Source: a virus (taxonomy: Duplodnaviria > Caudoviricetes). Taken from it: a DNA stretch of 64,000 nucleotides. The position numbers and the translations under genes were made by a program. The notes below the pieces were generated by a model. The model was not told the DNA's origin and did no database searches. It was given only the letters and a program-made list of their open reading frames with translations. This document shows positions 36,695 through 45,814 of this stretch, piece by piece. The stretch covers positions 64,001 to 128,000 of the IMG/VR virus record IMGVR_UViG_3300032234_000388. The stretch is one strand, 5' to 3'. Positions within the stretch are counted from its first letter, which is position 1. Each line of letters starts with the position of its first letter.

Positions 36695-38216
36695 ATTGGT
36701 TATTGTTGGAGGGGGTAGTGCAGGATGGATGACTGCCTTATATCTAAAGAAACTGCACCCAACATGCGAAATATCAGTCGTAGAAGACCCTGATCGTCCA
36801 CCAATTATTGCTGGCGAAAGTGGTACAATAACCTTTGTTTCTTTTCTTAAAAGTTTGGGAATAGGAATCGACGACTTTGTTCGGCATACCAATGCTACTC
36901 CAAAATTAGGAGGTCGATTTAAAAATTGGAACGGAGTTGGACACGAATTTATTCACGCACTTCAAACAGATATTACTCCATGGCTTGATGAAGTTGACAA
37001 TGACCTAACATCTTTTAGTCAAACAATCGCTGGATTGAATAGAGAACACACGTCTGACAATTATGTTTCAACAATAATAGCCAACGACATACCGTTATCA
37101 AAAGCATTTTATGCTTATCAATTTATTGATCAAAATAAAGTTCCGTTTGGAGGAGACGCTGATTCGTTATCTATTGCTCCAATGTGGCACTTTGAAAGCA
37201 GGGCTGCTGCTGCGTATTTAAAAAATATAGGAATATCTAGAAATATAAAACTAATAGAAGGCAAATACAAATTTTCTAATCAATCGACCTCAGGCGATAT
37301 TTTATCTGTAGTATTAGAAGATGACACAATTGTTGCAGGCGACTGGTTTTTTGACTGCTCTGGATTTGCACGATTATTGCTAGGCGGTGTTTTAAACGAA
37401 CCGTTAATTGACTACTCCAATTTTTTTCCTGCTAGGGCTGTGGTTGCCTGGTGGGACAAAGCTGAACCTTCAGTAACTTCAAATGCTAATGCTATGGAAT
37501 ATGGGTGGTCTTGGAATATAAATCTTAGACATCGATCTGGCAACGGATACATTTACGATCCCGACCACATCAACTTGGACCAAGCTGTGTTAGAAGCAGA
37601 AAAATTTTATGGATATAAAATTGATCCTATTGCTAATTTTAGTTTTACACCGGGTATTATGAAAAATACTTGGAAAAACAATGTTATTGCTGTCGGGTTG
37701 AGCGGTGGTTTTTTAGAACCATTAGAGGCCAATGGGGTGCAAGTTATCATTGATACACTATGGGCAATAGAAGATTTATGGAAGCCAACCATTCAATCTA
37801 ATTTTAAACAACGTCAGGATCTTTTTAATCTACGAGTATTTGCAAATACCGAGGATATACGAGATTTTATATCATTGCATTATAGAGGAAAGCGCAGAGA
37901 TACAGAGTTTTGGAAAAGTCATGCTTATGATAAATTTAGAATACCAACATCACTCAATGACAAACTAGACCAATGGGGCAAGTACTATGCTGGAGAAGCA
38001 TGGGCATTTCCAAGATCAAACGGGTATTCACCAACTGCATGGTTAATGGTTTTGCAAGCACTTGATATATTTGATACTGCTCCGTTAAAGGCTCGCAAAT
38101 CTCAATTGCTAGCTATCGGAAAAACAGCACTAAATAACAACTATAACAGATACAGAGATTATGCTAACTCTTGTTTAACCATAGAAGACTGGTTAAAAAA
38201 CAGCATAAATACATAA
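36669..38216 (+). CDS. Flavin-dependent tryptophan halogenase family protein 4
   Basis: GGGSAG, ATPKLGG, FFDCSGF, WSWNIN, FLEPLEANG; likely ATG 36669. Confidence 0.9.
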   Translation: MNIPYTKNKLVIVGGGSAGWMTALYLKKLHPTCEISVVEDPDRPPIIAGESGTITFVSFLKSLGIGIDDFVRHTNATPKLGGRFKNWNGVGHEFIHALQTDITPWLDEVDNDLTSFSQTIAGLNREHTSDNYVSTIIANDIPLSKAFYAYQFIDQNKVPFGGDADSLSIAPMWHFESRAAAAYLKNIGISRNIKLIEGKYKFSNQSTSGDILSVVLEDDTIVAGDWFFDCSGFARLLLGGVLNEPLIDYSNFFPARAVVAWWDKAEPSVTSNANAMEYGWSWNINLRHRSGNGYIYDPDHINLDQAVLEAEKFYGYKIDPIANFSFTPGIMKNTWKNNVIAVGLSGGFLEPLEANGVQVIIDTLWAIEDLWKPTIQSNFKQRQDLFNLRVFANTEDIRDFISLHYRGKRRDTEFWKSHAYDKFRIPTSLNDKLDQWGKYYAGEAWAFPRSNGYSPTAWLMVLQALDIFDTAPLKARKSQLLAIGKTALNNNYNRYRDYANSCLTIEDWLKNSINT

Positions 38217-38231
38217 TAAAGGAGTTTTATA

Positions 38232-38402
38232 ATGGCAACTTGGAAAATGATTTTACGCAAAGCTGAACCACCCGGAACTTTAGCTGTTGAGGCTGATTTT
38301 TGCGAAGCAGAAAAAAAGGAAGAAGCGGCTAAAATTTTTGAAGAAAGACACGGTGTTGGACGAGTAGTAGCAGGTCCAATGTTAGTTGAGCAACCTAATT
38401 AA
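38232..38402 (+). CDS. 56-aa small protein missed by ORF track
   Basis: MATWKMILRKAEPPGTLAVEADFCEAEKKEEAAKIFEERHGVGRVVAGPMLVEQPN; AAAGGAG SD and TAAATA box at 38206-38211. Confidence 0.75.
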   Translation: MATWKMILRKAEPPGTLAVEADFCEAEKKEEAAKIFEERHGVGRVVAGPMLVEQPN

Positions 38403-39037
38403 TTTTGATTGGAATTTTTTATTAACGATTCCATAGCAGCAATACGTTTTATTTCGCCCTGAACTTCAGGCCTAGCCCAGTCAAAACCTAGGCCTAGTTT
38501 TGGCTTAGAATCCCACTTTAACCAAGCATCAGGTCCGTTAGCATCCACATACTGTAAAAATGCTTGTATTTGTTTAGTTCCTTGAAACGGATCTCTCCAA
38601 TGCATATTCTTTCTGCCACTGTATATTACTAGATCTCCAACATTTAAAAAAATCTCGTGTATCTGTTTATCAGTACCTTGAATTTTTAAAGGCCAATTTG
38701 TATCGTCGTGTGTTATGCACACCGAAATTGTAATTTCACTACTGGGCCTGTCAACGTGTTTTTGTAATTCTGATCCGGTATAGTAAATTCGAGCAAACGA
38801 ATAAGACGGCCACAATTTCATTCCAACTGCTTCTTCAACTAATGGCAATAGTTTAACGCTTAGGGCTTCGAACATCAGAGGCGCATAGCGGGCAAAACTG
38901 TTTTTGCAAAAATCCGATAGGTCCGATTCTGGATATAGTGTTTTGCAAACATCTTCCATCATGTTAAATTCTAATGCTAGAAACTCACAAAGTTCTTGAG
39001 AAACTGCATTTCTAATAATTTTAAAATCTTCGTTCAT
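38399..39037 (-). CDS. 2OG-Fe(II) oxygenase
   Basis: SFARIY...LQKHVDRPSSEIT (HxD)...GDLVIYSG...HWR. Confidence 0.85.
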   Translation of the reverse strand: MNEDFKIIRNAVSQELCEFLALEFNMMEDVCKTLYPESDLSDFCKNSFARYAPLMFEALSVKLLPLVEEAVGMKLWPSYSFARIYYTGSELQKHVDRPSSEITISVCITHDDTNWPLKIQGTDKQIHEIFLNVGDLVIYSGRKNMHWRDPFQGTKQIQAFLQYVDANGPDAWLKWDSKPKLGLGFDWARPEVQGEIKRIAAMESLIKNSNQN

Positions 39038-39600
39038 AATAAGGGCATCAGTGATAAGTTAGCGAATGGGCGTTCTGTATATTCTAAAATTAATTTGTGT
39101 TCTGGAAGACAATGCACATCAAACCCAATTGTAGTTCTATATCCCTCAAACGGTTCTAAAACTTCAACTTTGTGTCGTCTATTTCCAGGACCAAAATAAA
39201 TTTGACCTGTTTTATTTTCTATACTGTAGTTGTCAAACACAGTGTTTGTCTTTTTTGAATCAATACAAATATACCCGTGATAGTCATATGTATGCGTATG
39301 CCAATCTAGCACGCTATCTGCAGTATGATAATTTAACCATGCTTCAAACCATAGAGGTCGAGTGTCACCAAGTTGATTTCTAATTACATTTCTCATTTCT
39401 TTATAAATTTCATAAAATGAAGAGCATGGCGCAGTTAGTGCAAAAATATTGTAGCGATCATACGACCAGGTTGAGTCGGCATTAGGAATTGATGCAAACA
39501 TTCGATTAAAAAGTCGATGTGCTTCGTTAATGTCCTCAAAAATTGTGTTTTGATTGTTAACAATATAATCCGATTGATGTAAAATATAATCCTTGGTCAT
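39034..39600 (-). CDS. Putative 2OG-Fe(II) oxygenase (HxH)
   Basis: AWLN...WHTH...HGY...RHKV...RTTIGFD. Confidence 0.7.
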   Translation of the reverse strand: MTKDYILHQSDYIVNNQNTIFEDINEAHRLFNRMFASIPNADSTWSYDRYNIFALTAPCSSFYEIYKEMRNVIRNQLGDTRPLWFEAWLNYHTADSVLDWHTHTYDYHGYICIDSKKTNTVFDNYSIENKTGQIYFGPGNRRHKVEVLEPFEGYRTTIGFDVHCLPEHKLILEYTERPFANLSLMPLL

Positions 39601-40205
39601 AATATAATTTTTTCTAAATTCATATTAATAACGCATCTATATTTAGAGTCTCGAGCAAAACTTGATGAGTGGTAATATTTGCCTGGGAATATTAAAACTT
39701 TTCCTTTTTTTGGTGTGATTCTTTTTTTGATCGTGAATTTGTTTTCTTTGATTCTTAAAACATCATCTTGTCCAGCATCATATGTATCGTTAGTTTCATT
39801 AAAAATCACAGTGTCACCGTCGCTGTCGTTTACATAGTAAATTGCGTTCCAGTGCGGAAAAAAACTATCAATATGAGGCATATGATGTTCTAGTGTAGAA
39901 CTTTTATTAGGCATGGTTAAATTTGCTCTCATTCGTATTAGCCTATTAAAAGATACTCCGGTTTGACTAGTTAAAGTAAGCACCAAAGGATACACTAACT
40001 GAAAAAAGGGACTTTGTGCTTCGCCATGTTCATAAAAGAAATGATTAAAACCTGATAAATTATTTTCTTGTCCAACAAAACATTGATCACCCGATACCAT
40101 ATTAGGATTAAAAAGCCAAGGAAATTCAAAGCTGGTCATTAAATTTAACAAGTGATCTTGATAATCTTTAGGGATTACATTTTCAATCTCAATAATATCA
40201 TCCAT
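39597..40205 (-). CDS. 2OG-Fe(II) oxygenase
   Basis: PHID...YYVNDSDGDT...PKKGKVLIF...YHSS...RCVINMN. Confidence 0.85.
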   Translation of the reverse strand: MDDIIEIENVIPKDYQDHLLNLMTSFEFPWLFNPNMVSGDQCFVGQENNLSGFNHFFYEHGEAQSPFFQLVYPLVLTLTSQTGVSFNRLIRMRANLTMPNKSSTLEHHMPHIDSFFPHWNAIYYVNDSDGDTVIFNETNDTYDAGQDDVLRIKENKFTIKKRITPKKGKVLIFPGKYYHSSSFARDSKYRCVINMNLEKIIL

Positions 40206-40825
40206 TATACTGCTCTTCCAAAAAAGTTTAAAGTAAGTCTTGAATTATGTTTGGCATTTCCAAAAAATTTATCAGCACTGTGCCAAACTAGCGGACTGTA
40301 CAAAACACAACGATTAAAAACATTATGAACAGTCATATTTTTTTTAAAAAAAGAACGCTGTTCTTCTTTGTGTTTAGCAAAGTTAACACGATGTTCTGGC
40401 AAACTGGTAAATTCTTGAAATTTATAATCTTGGTAAGAGTTATTTGTTCCTGTTGTATTTGTATACAAAATAGTTCCAGAGTTTGGCGCAGGATTTGTAT
40501 TAAGATATATTAGTCCTGCTACATTGTATTCAGGATCGTCATGATGAATCCAGCCGTCTCCATATGATTCGTCTGCTATTCTAAAACTTGTTTCTAATCT
40601 TTGAAAATGTGTGAACCCTTGCAGGTGTTGAATTAATTTTGAAGCCAATGCATGAAATAGATTTAAATTTATTTCGTTTAACGGACTTGAATACTGTCCA
40701 GGAAACATTGGTGTATCGTCGCTATGAAAATCTTGCTTTAATGCAAAATGTCTCCATAATTCGGGTGCTTCTAAAAAATTATCAATAATTTTTGTAGGAA
40801 TATTATTTGATAGTTGCTTTTTCAT
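40205..40825 (-). CDS. Putative 2OG-Fe(II) oxygenase (DUF6445-like)
   Basis: IIDNFL...WIHHDD...AGLIYL...SGT...NVFNRCVLY...WHSA...RLTLNFF. Confidence 0.8.
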   Translation of the reverse strand: MKKQLSNNIPTKIIDNFLEAPELWRHFALKQDFHSDDTPMFPGQYSSPLNEINLNLFHALASKLIQHLQGFTHFQRLETSFRIADESYGDGWIHHDDPEYNVAGLIYLNTNPAPNSGTILYTNTTGTNNSYQDYKFQEFTSLPEHRVNFAKHKEEQRSFFKKNMTVHNVFNRCVLYSPLVWHSADKFFGNAKHNSRLTLNFFGRAV

Positions 40826-41529
40826 ATTGCTCTTGCAAAAAATACTTGTGTTAATCGAGTATCATTTTTTTCTTTTCCAAAAAATGTATTAGCACTATGC
40901 CATGTTCTCGGATCAAAAATAATACAACGATTAAACACACTTTCAATAGTTGTAGTAGGAGTAAAGTGTGCTCGCTGATCTTTTCTATATTTTGTGTGTT
41001 TTTCTCTTTCTTCGTCAGATGCAACTAAAACATCATTCATAAATATTTCGCTGTATACTTCTCCATTAAAATCAGTTTGATTAGAATATAGAGTTGTACC
41101 TGCACCGACTGGTGCGTCAGGATTTAGATATATTAATCCAGCAACTGTAAAATGCGGATCGTCGTCGTGTACCCATCCTTCGCCGTAGGTTTCGTCTATT
41201 AACTGAAATGTTGTTTGTAGTTCTAAAAATTCACTGTATCCATAATCGTTTAAAACATGCATTAATTTTGATGATAGCAATCTAAATAACTCGCTGTCAA
41301 GGTTTTGTAAAAAATCACTACGAACTCCCGGCCAACTTCCTCGATTACCTTTATAAAATTCTAAATCTAATGCAAAGTCTCTCCATAGTTCTGGATTTTC
41401 ATAAAAGTTATCAATTACAATAGTTGGCAAGTACGGATATAAGAATGCATCTTTTAAATTTTTACTCGCAATAAGATCACGACTTCGTTCGTCCATCTTA
41501 AGTAGTGAGTTAATATAGTCTTTATTCAT
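40822..41529 (-). CDS. Putative 2OG-Fe(II) oxygenase (DUF6445-like), paralog of 40205..40825
   Basis: VIDNFY...WPGVRS...WVHDDD...AGLIYL...FNRCIIF...WHSA...RLTQVFF. Confidence 0.8.
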   Translation of the reverse strand: MNKDYINSLLKMDERSRDLIASKNLKDAFLYPYLPTIVIDNFYENPELWRDFALDLEFYKGNRGSWPGVRSDFLQNLDSELFRLLSSKLMHVLNDYGYSEFLELQTTFQLIDETYGEGWVHDDDPHFTVAGLIYLNPDAPVGAGTTLYSNQTDFNGEVYSEIFMNDVLVASDEEREKHTKYRKDQRAHFTPTTTIESVFNRCIIFDPRTWHSANTFFGKEKNDTRLTQVFFARAI

Positions 41530-42103
41530 TTGGTGTTGCTGTAAAATTTATTGTTATAGCGATTCGTTTAGTACACATTTTAGGACACGTACTAGCATGA
41601 TAGTGTTGTCCGTTAAACAACAACACTTTGCCTTTGTCGGGCCTACTTTTATGCATTGGTCGATATTGTTGTGATTTTTCAGTTTCATGAAATATTACAG
41701 TATCGCCGTCTGCATCATTCACATAATATATAGCAGTATAGTGATTGTCCTCGAAGTCCTTGTGAGGCTCGTTGTATTTGTAAGGCATGCTAGGCAATAC
41801 ATATTTGGTGTTTAGTAGGAATCCTGCTCTTACTCTAATTAAACTAGTCATCTTGAGATTTGATTTTTTTAAAATTTCGTCAATTAACGGAGTAAAGAAT
41901 TCTAAATAGGGATTTGAATCATTGTTAGGATGATATATTAAATTGGCAAAACTAGGAGTCGAGTTCTGTGTATCATTGATATAAACGTTGGTAGCATCGT
42001 CTAAAAAATGCCAAGGAAATTTAATATCGGTTAAAAAATTATAAATTTGATTTTGATAATCTTTATCTATAGCATTTAGGATTTCGATTGGTTTAAATGT
42101 CAT
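41522..42103 (-). CDS. 2OG-Fe(II) oxygenase, paralog of 39597..40205
   Basis: Likely start MTFKP at 42103; PHKD...YYVNDADGDT...YHAS...RIAITINF. Confidence 0.85.
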   Translation of the reverse strand: MTFKPIEILNAIDKDYQNQIYNFLTDIKFPWHFLDDATNVYINDTQNSTPSFANLIYHPNNDSNPYLEFFTPLIDEILKKSNLKMTSLIRVRAGFLLNTKYVLPSMPYKYNEPHKDFEDNHYTAIYYVNDADGDTVIFHETEKSQQYRPMHKSRPDKGKVLLFNGQHYHASTCPKMCTKRIAITINFTATPNE

Positions 42104-42812
42104 GATTAATCCTATAAAAATTTCTATCGATGTCGTAGTTTGGTGGATCAGTTGCAAATTTATTCCAGCACGGTATGCTCATTGATAGTCGTTTTTCGTC
42201 TGGGTATGCTACGTGATACATTCTAGATGGGAAATATAAAGCATCGCCTGGCTCAAGCACAACGTCGATTGCCACTGATAAATCCTTTTCGTCAATGCGT
42301 CCATTCATTGTACCAGTTTTATAAAGATAGGAAATTCTATTATTAAATATTTTCCATCTTGTTTTTCCTTCAATTTGAATAACAAAGTTTGCTGGGTAGT
42401 CATCGTGTATAGAAAAAGATTTAGAACCCTTTAATCCGCCGTAGACATGTATAGCTGCATTTACGTTAAACATGCTTTCGAATATTCTTAAAAGCTCTGT
42501 GGTTTTTCTATTATGAAATCCGTAATTCATTATTATAATACTATGACCCTGATGCAATTTTTCAAACATAAATTCTTTGTCTTGAACAAGATTTTCCCAC
42601 ATCCATGCTTTTCGAGATTCTGGAATGTAAGTTTTATTATTGTATTGATCAATCATTTCAAATTTATAAAAATGAGGATTGTTCATACACGCTTCCACAT
42701 CCTGCCAGGTCAGTAGATCCTGAGGATCCTTTAATAATCCTTTGAAAAAATGTGGCTTATCGTCTATTAATAAATTAGTTTCGTTTAGTATGCGTTGGCC
42801 GATATCTATCAT
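42093..42812 (-). CDS. JmjC/cupin_4-type oxygenase (YcfD/ROX-like)
   Basis: SFSIHDDY..NFVIQIEGKTRWKIF...LEPGDALYFPSRMYHVA...RLSMSI. Confidence 0.85.
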   Translation of the reverse strand: MIDIGQRILNETNLLIDDKPHFFKGLLKDPQDLLTWQDVEACMNNPHFYKFEMIDQYNNKTYIPESRKAWMWENLVQDKEFMFEKLHQGHSIIIMNYGFHNRKTTELLRIFESMFNVNAAIHVYGGLKGSKSFSIHDDYPANFVIQIEGKTRWKIFNNRISYLYKTGTMNGRIDEKDLSVAIDVVLEPGDALYFPSRMYHVAYPDEKRLSMSIPCWNKFATDPPNYDIDRNFYRINHDI

Positions 42813-43407
42813 CGTCTGTCCTAATAATTTTTACGTTAAATGAAATGCTAATTCTATCTTCGTCAAGTTCGTTTCTTTCTACGCCATGAGGCAACCAGCC
42901 AGGAAACATAATTAATTTTTGACTTTCTGGCACAAACGACATCGCTGATGCACTCAATGAAGTGAATTGACCAATAGTTGCTTGTGATGCTACGATAAAA
43001 TCTTGCCCGTAGCTTTTATAAAAATTAATATTTCCGTGACCGTGTCGTGCTTTTAAATAAAAAACACCAGAAATAAAACTGTTATCGTGAGTATGTACTG
43101 CATTAGTATGATTTTTGTGATTTATATTAAACCAAAAATTTTCAATATCCACAAAACACAAATCTTCTCGATAACCAAAATCTCGAACACACTGTTCTGC
43201 TTGTTCTAAAATTCGGTCTTCAAGTTGTTTCATTTCTGGATAGGTACCTGCACGAAAGTCTCGGCTTTGCCATCCGCCTTGATTGCTTAATTTTCTTCCA
43301 ACTGGGTCCTGTTCTCTTAATCGATAGCATAGTGCTACCATATCTTCAGTTTTTATTTCGGTGTGTTCCCACCATACCGGTGTAGGAAAATATAAATCTA
43401 TATTCAT
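42775..43407 (-). CDS. Putative 2OG-Fe(II) oxygenase (TIGR02466-like, HxH)
   Basis: FPTP...SNQGGWQS...WFNIN...HTHDNSFISGVFY...FPGWLPHGV...RISISFN. Confidence 0.88.
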   Translation of the reverse strand: MNIDLYFPTPVWWEHTEIKTEDMVALCYRLREQDPVGRKLSNQGGWQSRDFRAGTYPEMKQLEDRILEQAEQCVRDFGYREDLCFVDIENFWFNINHKNHTNAVHTHDNSFISGVFYLKARHGHGNINFYKSYGQDFIVASQATIGQFTSLSASAMSFVPESQKLIMFPGWLPHGVERNELDEDRISISFNVKIIRTDDDRYRPTHTKRN

Positions 43408-44210
43408 AAAAATAGATCCTTGAGCATCAGTGGGTTATTTTTTGGAGATAGGTGTGAAAATGCAAAAGCATGACTCCACCTAAAATCTACAGATGGAGAA
43501 ATATACGCACTATGGCACACATTTGATTTATACATAGTTATAGTTCCTTCAGTTGTGGGAGCATCTCCAACATGTTCAAATCCCCATCTTGTTAATTCTG
43601 CTTCTGTCATATTAAACCATTGAGATGATCTTGTAGGATTTTCAGCTATTGATTTCCATTCGTGATACATTTTATGATTTTCATCTACCTGAAAATCATA
43701 TATTTCATCTTTCATTACTCCGTTATATCTATATAGCTTAGTTGAGCTATCGGCGGTATCATGATTGGTAAACCACAAATTTGCAACCATTCCGTATGAA
43801 TAGTCAATATGTGGTATGCGCCAGCAAGAGATAGGCCTAGATCGATTTTTAAAATAAACGTTTCCCCATTCGTGTATTTCAGGATCCACAATTGGAAGAT
43901 TGACCTGTGTAAGATAAAATTCTTTTATTAAAAAACAAATATCTTTATAAATCCATTCTGGCAAATGTATTGTATCAAATGGATTAGGGTCAAAGTTTTC
44001 TAGATTGTTATTATCTTTTTGTATAGGAAAAGTAGAAACTAAGTTTCTAAAAAGATCAAATCCGTTATCATAAAATGGATTTTCAGCAATCCAGTACCCT
44101 ATGTCTTGATCAAGTTTAACGTATTCGAGTTTCCAATCCTCTAATTTTTTAATTTTTATAATTTTTTTAAAATTATTAGCGTCGGGGTAGCAGGTTTTAA
44201 AATCTATCAT
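43404..44210 (-). CDS. Putative 2OG-Fe(II) oxygenase
   Basis: PHIDY...VANLWF...CHSAY...RWSH. Confidence 0.65.
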   Translation of the reverse strand: MIDFKTCYPDANNFKKIIKIKKLEDWKLEYVKLDQDIGYWIAENPFYDNGFDLFRNLVSTFPIQKDNNNLENFDPNPFDTIHLPEWIYKDICFLIKEFYLTQVNLPIVDPEIHEWGNVYFKNRSRPISCWRIPHIDYSYGMVANLWFTNHDTADSSTKLYRYNGVMKDEIYDFQVDENHKMYHEWKSIAENPTRSSQWFNMTEAELTRWGFEHVGDAPTTEGTITMYKSNVCHSAYISPSVDFRWSHAFAFSHLSPKNNPLMLKDLFL

Positions 44211-44791
44211 TTTATATTAAATGTCATTACTATTCTTTCTTGATCGGTATGATTAATTTGAGTTCTGTGTCGAAGCCAACCTGGAAAAATTATTACATCA
44301 TTGGTATTACATTGTACTTCTTTGTAAAATGATAATTCTGGAATTACTGGAAAATTATGTTTGTGATATTCGAGAGGATCTTTAAACTCAATGTTTCCAG
44401 AATTAGGAGGACACTTAATATAACAACTTACTACAAACGTTGAATGACTATGTGAGTGTTCTAATGTTTCTCCAGATTCTAGATGACGATTAACCCACGA
44501 TTGATGTACTGTTGAATGATTATGAACAAAATCGTATTCTTTTCGAATACCGTTAATTTTTTCTCCTAACCAAAACTGAAAATCAGACAGCTCAACCCAT
44601 GTGTGTGGTTGAAATTTATCATCTAGTGATACTGTGGATATTGCATTTCCCTTCTCTAATAAAGAATTAGTTTTTACTAAATTTAAAATATTATTAATTT
44701 TTGGATATAATATATCCAAATCAAAATCGTAATTAAATTTCCATACTAGAGGAGGAAATAAAAATACCCCGCCATTACTCAGCTGTAACAC
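44207..44791 (-). CDS. Putative 2OG-Fe(II) oxygenase (TIGR02466-like, HxH)
   Basis: SWVN...EHSH...SCY...IEFKDP...FPGWLRHRT...RIVMTFN. Confidence 0.85.
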   Translation of the reverse strand: MLQLSNGGVFLFPPLVWKFNYDFDLDILYPKINNILNLVKTNSLLEKGNAISTVSLDDKFQPHTWVELSDFQFWLGEKINGIRKEYDFVHNHSTVHQSWVNRHLESGETLEHSHSHSTFVVSCYIKCPPNSGNIEFKDPLEYHKHNFPVIPELSFYKEVQCNTNDVIIFPGWLRHRTQINHTDQERIVMTFNIK

Positions 44792-45026
44792 CTATGTCGT
44801 CCTTAAATGTTTCTAAGGCTAGCGTTAATCCCATAATTGCCCCTTCCATTTTAACTACATCTTTGGCTAGTTCTTGTCTTTTGCTAAAGTCGATTGAAGT
44901 GATTCCGTATGGATTAAGTTTTACATTTGCAAATTCTTCTTCGAGTAGTTTAAGTTCGTTATTTGTTTTATCAAGTTCTTGTTGTACCTGTAGTATATTT
45001 TTTTGTAATTTTTCTGCGTAGTTCAT
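44775..45026 (-). CDS. Small coiled-coil hypothetical protein
   Basis: 83 aa heptad pattern; AGGAGAG SD. Confidence 0.6.
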   Translation of the reverse strand: MNYAEKLQKNILQVQQELDKTNNELKLLEEEFANVKLNPYGITSIDFSKRQELAKDVVKMEGAIMGLTLALETFKDDIGVTAE

Positions 45027-45814
45027 AATGCTCTCCTTTTAAACTTTTTTAAAATTTTACTAACTCTGTGCAATCTAGAAGACAGTGTGTCTTTTTCTAA
45101 AATTACACAATTGGCAGCATAATTATATGCTCGTTCTCGTTGCATATCTAATTCGTCAGCATTTTCGATTGTTATGTCGTACTCTGCAAGATTTAAATAT
45201 TTCCTAGGAATAGGAATAAGTTGGCACAGCGGTGTTCCTGCCTTTATCAATGTTGTACTGTTAAGATTTTTCCAAAACATTGGTACATTTAATGTGTGAG
45301 AAAAAATTGGATCTAGTATACCCGTAGCTGCAACAAATCGGTGCTCGTCGTTGTAGGCTACAGGCAATTGAAGAAACACTATATCGTTTGATGCATCGAC
45401 TCTCCACGGAGTTTCTACTTTAATTGTAGTGGCTAAAGTTGTAGTATTATCAATCAAAGGCAACGTCTGCTGAGAGGGGTGCGTAGCAATATAACTTTCA
45501 GTACCTGCTATTCCTTTATCAAAGACAATTGGTTCACGCCAGTTCATCGATATATTATCGCCATTAGTAGTTATTTCAAAATCTGCTGGTGCCGGAATAA
45601 TGAACCCTGTTGATACTAATTTTTTTAAACCAGGACAATTTGAAGTTGCTAACATATGATCCGGATATAGTTCTCTGTTTAAAAATTTTCTATCTAACAT
45701 TGAAGATTTTGTAATTGGAAAAAGATCTATAACACCCGGATATACTGAATAAAATCTAATATAAGATTTCTTTTTAGTTGTCCAACCAAACAGTTTTTTA
45801 CACAGCGTGGTCAT
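45023..45814 (-). CDS. Hypothetical protein within oxygenase island (family shared with 3793..4539)
   Basis: CPG...GFIIPAPADF...PW...GILD...GTPLCQLIP; likely start MTTLCKK. Confidence 0.6.
   Translation of the reverse strand: MTTLCKKLFGWTTKKKSYIRFYSVYPGVIDLFPITKSSMLDRKFLNRELYPDHMLATSNCPGLKKLVSTGFIIPAPADFEITTNGDNISMNWREPIVFDKGIAGTESYIATHPSQQTLPLIDNTTTLATTIKVETPWRVDASNDIVFLQLPVAYNDEHRFVAATGILDPIFSHTLNVPMFWKNLNSTTLIKAGTPLCQLIPIPRKYLNLAEYDITIENADELDMQRERAYNYAANCVILEKDTLSSRLHRVSKILKKFKRRAL

Noticed and set aside
31012-44791. Possible 2OG-dependent halogenases among the oxygenases
   Set aside because: None shows the HxA/HxG motif; all have HxD, HxE or HxH.
31012-44791. Oxygenases as TET/JBP-type DNA base modifiers
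   Set aside because: No TET/JBP signature recognised, no linked methylase, and the context is late/fibre genes; not excluded without HMMs.
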